From Desulfurococcales archaeon (GTDB taxonomy: Archaea > Thermoproteota > Thermoprotei_A > Sulfolobales > Desulfurococcaceae), in assembly GCA_027022365.1 (NCBI GenBank), contig JALVYU010000007.1, forward strand, positions 64,001 to 128,000: DNA of 64,000 nt. The letters run 5' to 3'. The position numbers and the translations under genes were made by a program. The notes beneath the pieces are model-generated. The model was not told where the DNA came from. It was given only the letters and a program-made list of their open reading frames with translations, and made no database searches. Each line of letters opens with the position of its first letter. Position 1 is the first letter of the stretch. Positions 60,128-64,000 of the stretch are shown piece after piece.

Positions 60128-61216
60128 CACGACTACTGTTACGAGAAGACCCACAAGATTAATGCCTATTATACGGTTCTTTGAAGCTGTATAGATATCA
60201 AAATAGTAAATGAGCAATGGATACATGGCAAGAGTACTGATAATACCTATGAATGCTGAACCGAATATTACCAGTTCTTCAAGTGCACTATGGCCTACGT
60301 AGGCTATTATACATGACAGTATAAACATGAAGGCTACCACTGAGTAGAATACCTGGCTGATCTCCGATACTCTTGTCTTTAATACTTTAATGGATCCAGA
60401 AATAATTCTGCCAACCGTAACAAAGATGGTCGACATAGCTAAAATAGTGGTTGATATGAGGCCGATAACGACAAGATACGAGTAATAATAGTCTTGTGAT
60501 GTAAGCGCTAATGCTCCTATGATGCTTGTTCGAATGTTAGTTATAGACGCTATTCCACTTATTGAGAAACTGATAATTATCGAAACAAGTAGTGATAAGC
60601 TTAGATCACCTAGATAATCATCGTCCTCTTGGACTAACATTGAATAGGGACTAGAAGCGGCTCCCCAAAGAGCAATTATCATCAGGAGAGACGGAGTACT
60701 ATAAGATAACATCCTATCTACAGAGCCGTGAAACAAAGAAATAATGAAAGCCACAAAGTAGATTAAAAGAAATAATGACAAACCAGCAAGTATTTTCTCT
60801 ATTGATCTACCGATACGTGAATTGCCTGGAATAAGTGATGCAACTAGAACTACCAGTAGCAGGTATGGTAGCCAGGATCCACCAAATAGATTACTTAGAA
60901 GCACAGAGATTATGATCGCGTTTACAAGCAGTACCAGAATCGAGCCAAAATATATTGTAACCAGGTAGAAAACACCTGTCTTTCTCCTGTGCCTGAGGAG
61001 ATATGATGATGGTGTCGTGCCGTAAAGTATCTTGGGCACAGTTATTGCTTCTTGGACGAATATCATTGGTATAATACTTATTGTGACAAGTAAAACTCCT
61101 ATTAATCCATATAATCTCCCAAACAACATGTACATAAACACGTTTGTTAGCTCGATCCCCGATAAAACAGCTATAAAACCGGGCCCAAGGTTCTTCATTA
61201 TTTTCTTCATACACAA
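60092..61216 (-). CDS. Divergent NRAMP-like membrane transporter
   Basis: LGPGF N-terminal motif, VQE, GA..SPY, about 11 TM helices. Confidence 0.6.
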   Translation of the reverse strand: MCMKKIMKNLGPGFIAVLSGIELTNVFMYMLFGRLYGLIGVLLVTISIIPMIFVQEAITVPKILYGTTPSSYLLRHRRKTGVFYLVTIYFGSILVLLVNAIIISVLLSNLFGGSWLPYLLLVVLVASLIPGNSRIGRSIEKILAGLSLFLLIYFVAFIISLFHGSVDRMLSYSTPSLLMIIALWGAASSPYSMLVQEDDDYLGDLSLSLLVSIIISFSISGIASITNIRTSIIGALALTSQDYYYSYLVVIGLISTTILAMSTIFVTVGRIISGSIKVLKTRVSEISQVFYSVVAFMFILSCIIAYVGHSALEELVIFGSAFIGIISTLAMYPLLIYYFDIYTASKNRIIGINLVGLLVTVVVLTLIILLSFLF

Positions 61217-61260
61217 CCCGTAAATCTATAACATGCGTATGGATTAAAAACGCAGGGCTC

Positions 61261-61509
61261 TTACTTGTTTGAGAGAATCCTCATTATCTCATTGATCTTC
61301 TTGTCATCTATCTCTCCCATGACGACAATTATTCCGTTGGAGCGTGGCCGAATACTTTTAGACCTAGTTCCGGAATCGGCCTTGTTTTCTGCAACATGTC
61401 TTCTTGAACTTGCTTTTATCTTCGTATGATTAAACAGAAGTGGTATTGCTAGTATCGTCATGTATGTAGTGATCATTATTATGCCGATCACATCTATCAT
61501 TAGCAACAC
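61261..61509 (-). CDS. Small hypothetical membrane-anchored protein
   Basis: N-terminal hydrophobic helix; co-oriented with the transporter. Confidence 0.45.
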   Translation of the reverse strand: MLLMIDVIGIIMITTYMTILAIPLLFNHTKIKASSRRHVAENKADSGTRSKSIRPRSNGIIVVMGEIDDKKINEIMRILSNK

Positions 61510-61677
61510 CGCTAACCACTGCTTATCCGGTATTTAAATCGCCTATAGCCGGGTTTTTAAATGGGGGATAGGATATTAGCGGGATATATCAAGAGTATAT
61601 AAGTGTTTCTACACTCCAGTAATACAGAGTTAATCATAAAGTATCTAGAAAGAAGATTATACTTCCATGGTGATTTA

Positions 61678-62574
61678 ATGGTAAAGATCGGGCTAATATA
61701 TAAGCAACTAACACCACGAGACATTAAGGTATTAAATAGTATAGAGAGAGGGATGAAGAGATACGAGTATGTGCCATTAGAACTTATCGAAAAATACTCA
61801 AAATTACCCGAGACACACATTGTCCTGATTCTCTCAAAACTCCACAGACTAAAACTCGTTAAACGCAAAACAATTGCTGGATATAAATCGTTCCGATTAA
61901 CATATTTGGGTCTCGACATGCTTGCATTAAACACGTTTGTCCGCATGAATGTGGTCGAGGCTATAGGCGATAAAGTAGCTGTGGGTAAGGAGAGCGAGAT
62001 ATTCTGTGCTCTAGCACCTGGCGGTAAACAGATCGCTGTGAAATTCATGAGGATCGGTAGGACAAGCTTCCATATGACTCGCCGAGTAAGAGAGTGGGCT
62101 GATAATCCTCGGTTAGACTGGTATAAGCAAGCCAAGATCGCCGCGGAGAGAGAGTACAAGGCGACAAAGGAGATCTACAGAGAGGGCGGCAGTGTTCCAT
62201 CACCGATTGCATATAACAGGCACGCAGTCGTCACTGAGTTTATTGAAGGCGTTGAACTGTATCGGAAGCCTGAAATACATGATCCCCACGCCGTTCTGGT
62301 GAAAATCCTTGATACCGTACGTATCGCTTATACAAAAGTCGGGATCGTACACGGTGATCTAAGCGAGTACAATGTATTGGTCGATCTCACGAACAATAGG
62401 CCCTATATAATAGACTGGCCCCAATATGTTTACAAGGAGCACCCCCAATCGGAAGAACTATTGAGGAGAGATATAGAATATATAATCAGATTCTTCCGTA
62501 AGCAATACAGGGTAGAAATAGACACTGCTAAAGCTCTCAAATATGTGCGGGGAGAAGATGAACAAATCGAATGA
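61678..62574 (+). CDS. rio2: RIO2-type Ser/Thr kinase
   Basis: N-terminal wHTH (YEYVP), GKES, AVKF.R.GRTSF, HGDLSEYN, IDWPQ. Start moved to ATG 61678 after a GGTGA RBS. Confidence 0.93.
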   Translation: MVKIGLIYKQLTPRDIKVLNSIERGMKRYEYVPLELIEKYSKLPETHIVLILSKLHRLKLVKRKTIAGYKSFRLTYLGLDMLALNTFVRMNVVEAIGDKVAVGKESEIFCALAPGGKQIAVKFMRIGRTSFHMTRRVREWADNPRLDWYKQAKIAAEREYKATKEIYREGGSVPSPIAYNRHAVVTEFIEGVELYRKPEIHDPHAVLVKILDTVRIAYTKVGIVHGDLSEYNVLVDLTNNRPYIIDWPQYVYKEHPQSEELLRRDIEYIIRFFRKQYRVEIDTAKALKYVRGEDEQIE

Positions 62575-64000
62575 CCGAGGAAACATGGTCATAGCGGGAG
62601 TAGACATACTTCCCGGCTATAGCCCTTCATCATCTAATAAACAACCTCATTATGCAGTAGTATTCCTCAGAAATGGTGAGGTCATAGACAGCTACGAAGA
62701 CGTTAGTTTTGCACGCATGATAAGACTACTCTGGGAATATAAACCCGATATACTGGCAATAGATAATGTCTTCGAGCTGAAAGAGACAGTTAGCGGTCTC
62801 TCCAAGCTGCTCACACTCTTCCCGCCTAACACTAGAATCGTCCAAGTAACAGGGTGGGGTCCCGAAGCAGTTAATATCAAGACTGTCGCCCGAAATCTCG
62901 GGATAGATGTCCATGGCAAACTATCTCCTCTTAAAACAGCTTACTTGGCAGCAATGATTGCATGGAAAGGTGGAGGAGCAACCCTTCGCCTCCTAGAAGA
63001 GAAGACAAAGATCATAGTCACGAAGGGTAGAAGCGTAAGCCACGGAGGCATGAGCTATAATCGGTTCATGAGAAGTATAAGAGCCTCTATCCTAGCAACA
63101 ACTAAGGAGATCAAGCGGATACTTGATAAGAACAAACTAGACTACGATGTAACCTTTAAGAAAAGCATGGGAGGCCTCGAAAGAAGTGTCTTCGTGGTGT
63201 ATGCGCCGCGCGAGAAACTCTATGGACTAATAAAACCCATTAAGAACAAAAGCGTCCGTGTTATCATTAAACCGATATATCGGGAAAAAATTGTTCTCGA
63301 AACACCACATAAAAAGCCTGGCAAGAGCCGCGGAATAATTATAGGGTTAGACCCTGGTATCTATACTGGTGTAGCCGTTATAGATCTTGATGGAACCCCT
63401 CTTCTGGCATTCAGTTCTAAGAACCTTGATAGAGCAGATATCCTCGGAATGGTCTCAGGGCTTGGAAGAGTAGTAATGGTGGCCACGGATGTCTCTAAAC
63501 CACCCGCCAATGTTAAGAAGCTAGCGTCAACTCTAAATGTACAACTTTTCACTCCTGATAGAGATCTTTCTACTGAGGAAAAACAGGAGATAGTACGAGA
63601 CATCAGGGCCAAATATCCATGGATCGAGATAGATGATACTCATGAGCGCGACGCATTAGCTGCCGCGTACAAAGCATACCTTACCATAAGAGATAAGATG
63701 ATACAAGCCGAGGCCAAAGCCTCTGAAATGACATTTCCAATTAATATTGATCGGGTCAAGATAATGGTTGCAATGGGTGCTAGCATAGCAGAAGCAATCG
63801 AGCACGAGATAGAGACGGCCGTTGCAATGGTCAAGGAAGAAGTGGAAGCCCCCAGGAAGAAGCCGAGAAGGACACAATCGTTTGGTGAGAAGGAGCTCAT
63901 GGATAAAATAGATAATCTATCCCGGAAAATCAAGGTGCTCGAGGCCGAGAAGCGCAGGCTTTTGGATCAGCTTGAACAATATAAAAGACGGGTCGAAGAG
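62558..64000 (+). CDS. DUF460 (COG2433) protein with RNase H-like domain and coiled coil (runs off window; not in ORF track)
   Basis: Manual translation MNKSNDRGNMVIAGVDI...KPDILAIDNVFEL...GGMSYNRF...IIGLDPG...ATDV...HERDALAAAY. Confidence 0.85.
   Translation, partial: MNKSNDRGNMVIAGVDILPGYSPSSSNKQPHYAVVFLRNGEVIDSYEDVSFARMIRLLWEYKPDILAIDNVFELKETVSGLSKLLTLFPPNTRIVQVTGWGPEAVNIKTVARNLGIDVHGKLSPLKTAYLAAMIAWKGGGATLRLLEEKTKIIVTKGRSVSHGGMSYNRFMRSIRASILATTKEIKRILDKNKLDYDVTFKKSMGGLERSVFVVYAPREKLYGLIKPIKNKSVRVIIKPIYREKIVLETPHKKPGKSRGIIIGLDPGIYTGVAVIDLDGTPLLAFSSKNLDRADILGMVSGLGRVVMVATDVSKPPANVKKLASTLNVQLFTPDRDLSTEEKQEIVRDIRAKYPWIEIDDTHERDALAAAYKAYLTIRDKMIQAEAKASEMTFPINIDRVKIMVAMGASIAEAIEHEIETAVAMVKEEVEAPRKKPRRTQSFGEKELMDKIDNLSRKIKVLEAEKRRLLDQLEQYKRRVEE

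Noticed and set aside
1-64000. CRISPR arrays, IS elements, defence islands, rRNA
   Set aside because: No regularly spaced repeats, transposase/integrase ORFs or rRNA-length GC-rich tracts seen.

Overview
Core chromosomal region of a hyperthermophilic crenarchaeon, most likely Desulfurococcales (Staphylothermus/Desulfurococcus-like). The evidence is the CdvABC division operon, a Cren7-like protein, the gar1-tfb-TFEbeta block and GINS23-MCM. The window is gene-dense and almost all housekeeping: replication (rfcL, rfcS, gins23, MCM with a 420-aa intein, topA, rnhB), RNA processing/modification (cca, thpR, rnz, trm1, trm11, trm112, fibrillarin/Nop5, Gar1), translation/transcription, chaperones and cell division. 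I saw no IS element, integrase, CRISPR array or rRNA. Three genes are missing from the ORF track: rfcL (partial), rps30e and a DUF460 gene (partial). The most interesting signals are non-coding. (1) Dense clusters of a palindromic GTA(A/T/G)TAC motif, resembling the Sulfolobales cell-cycle aCcr1 box, lie upstream of the gar1-TFB-paralogue operon and of an uncharacterised zinc-finger gene, with single copies before cdvB and rio2; together they form a candidate cell-cycle regulon. (2) The intron of a tRNA-Pro(GGG) gene carries an 11-nt perfect antisense to the tRNA's own D-arm. (3) There are at least five box C/D sRNA candidates, one of them atypical and directly upstream of cdvA, plus a GC-rich structured RNA candidate directly downstream of cdvC. 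All rRNA/tRNA target matches are from recalled consensus sequences and need checking against this genome.
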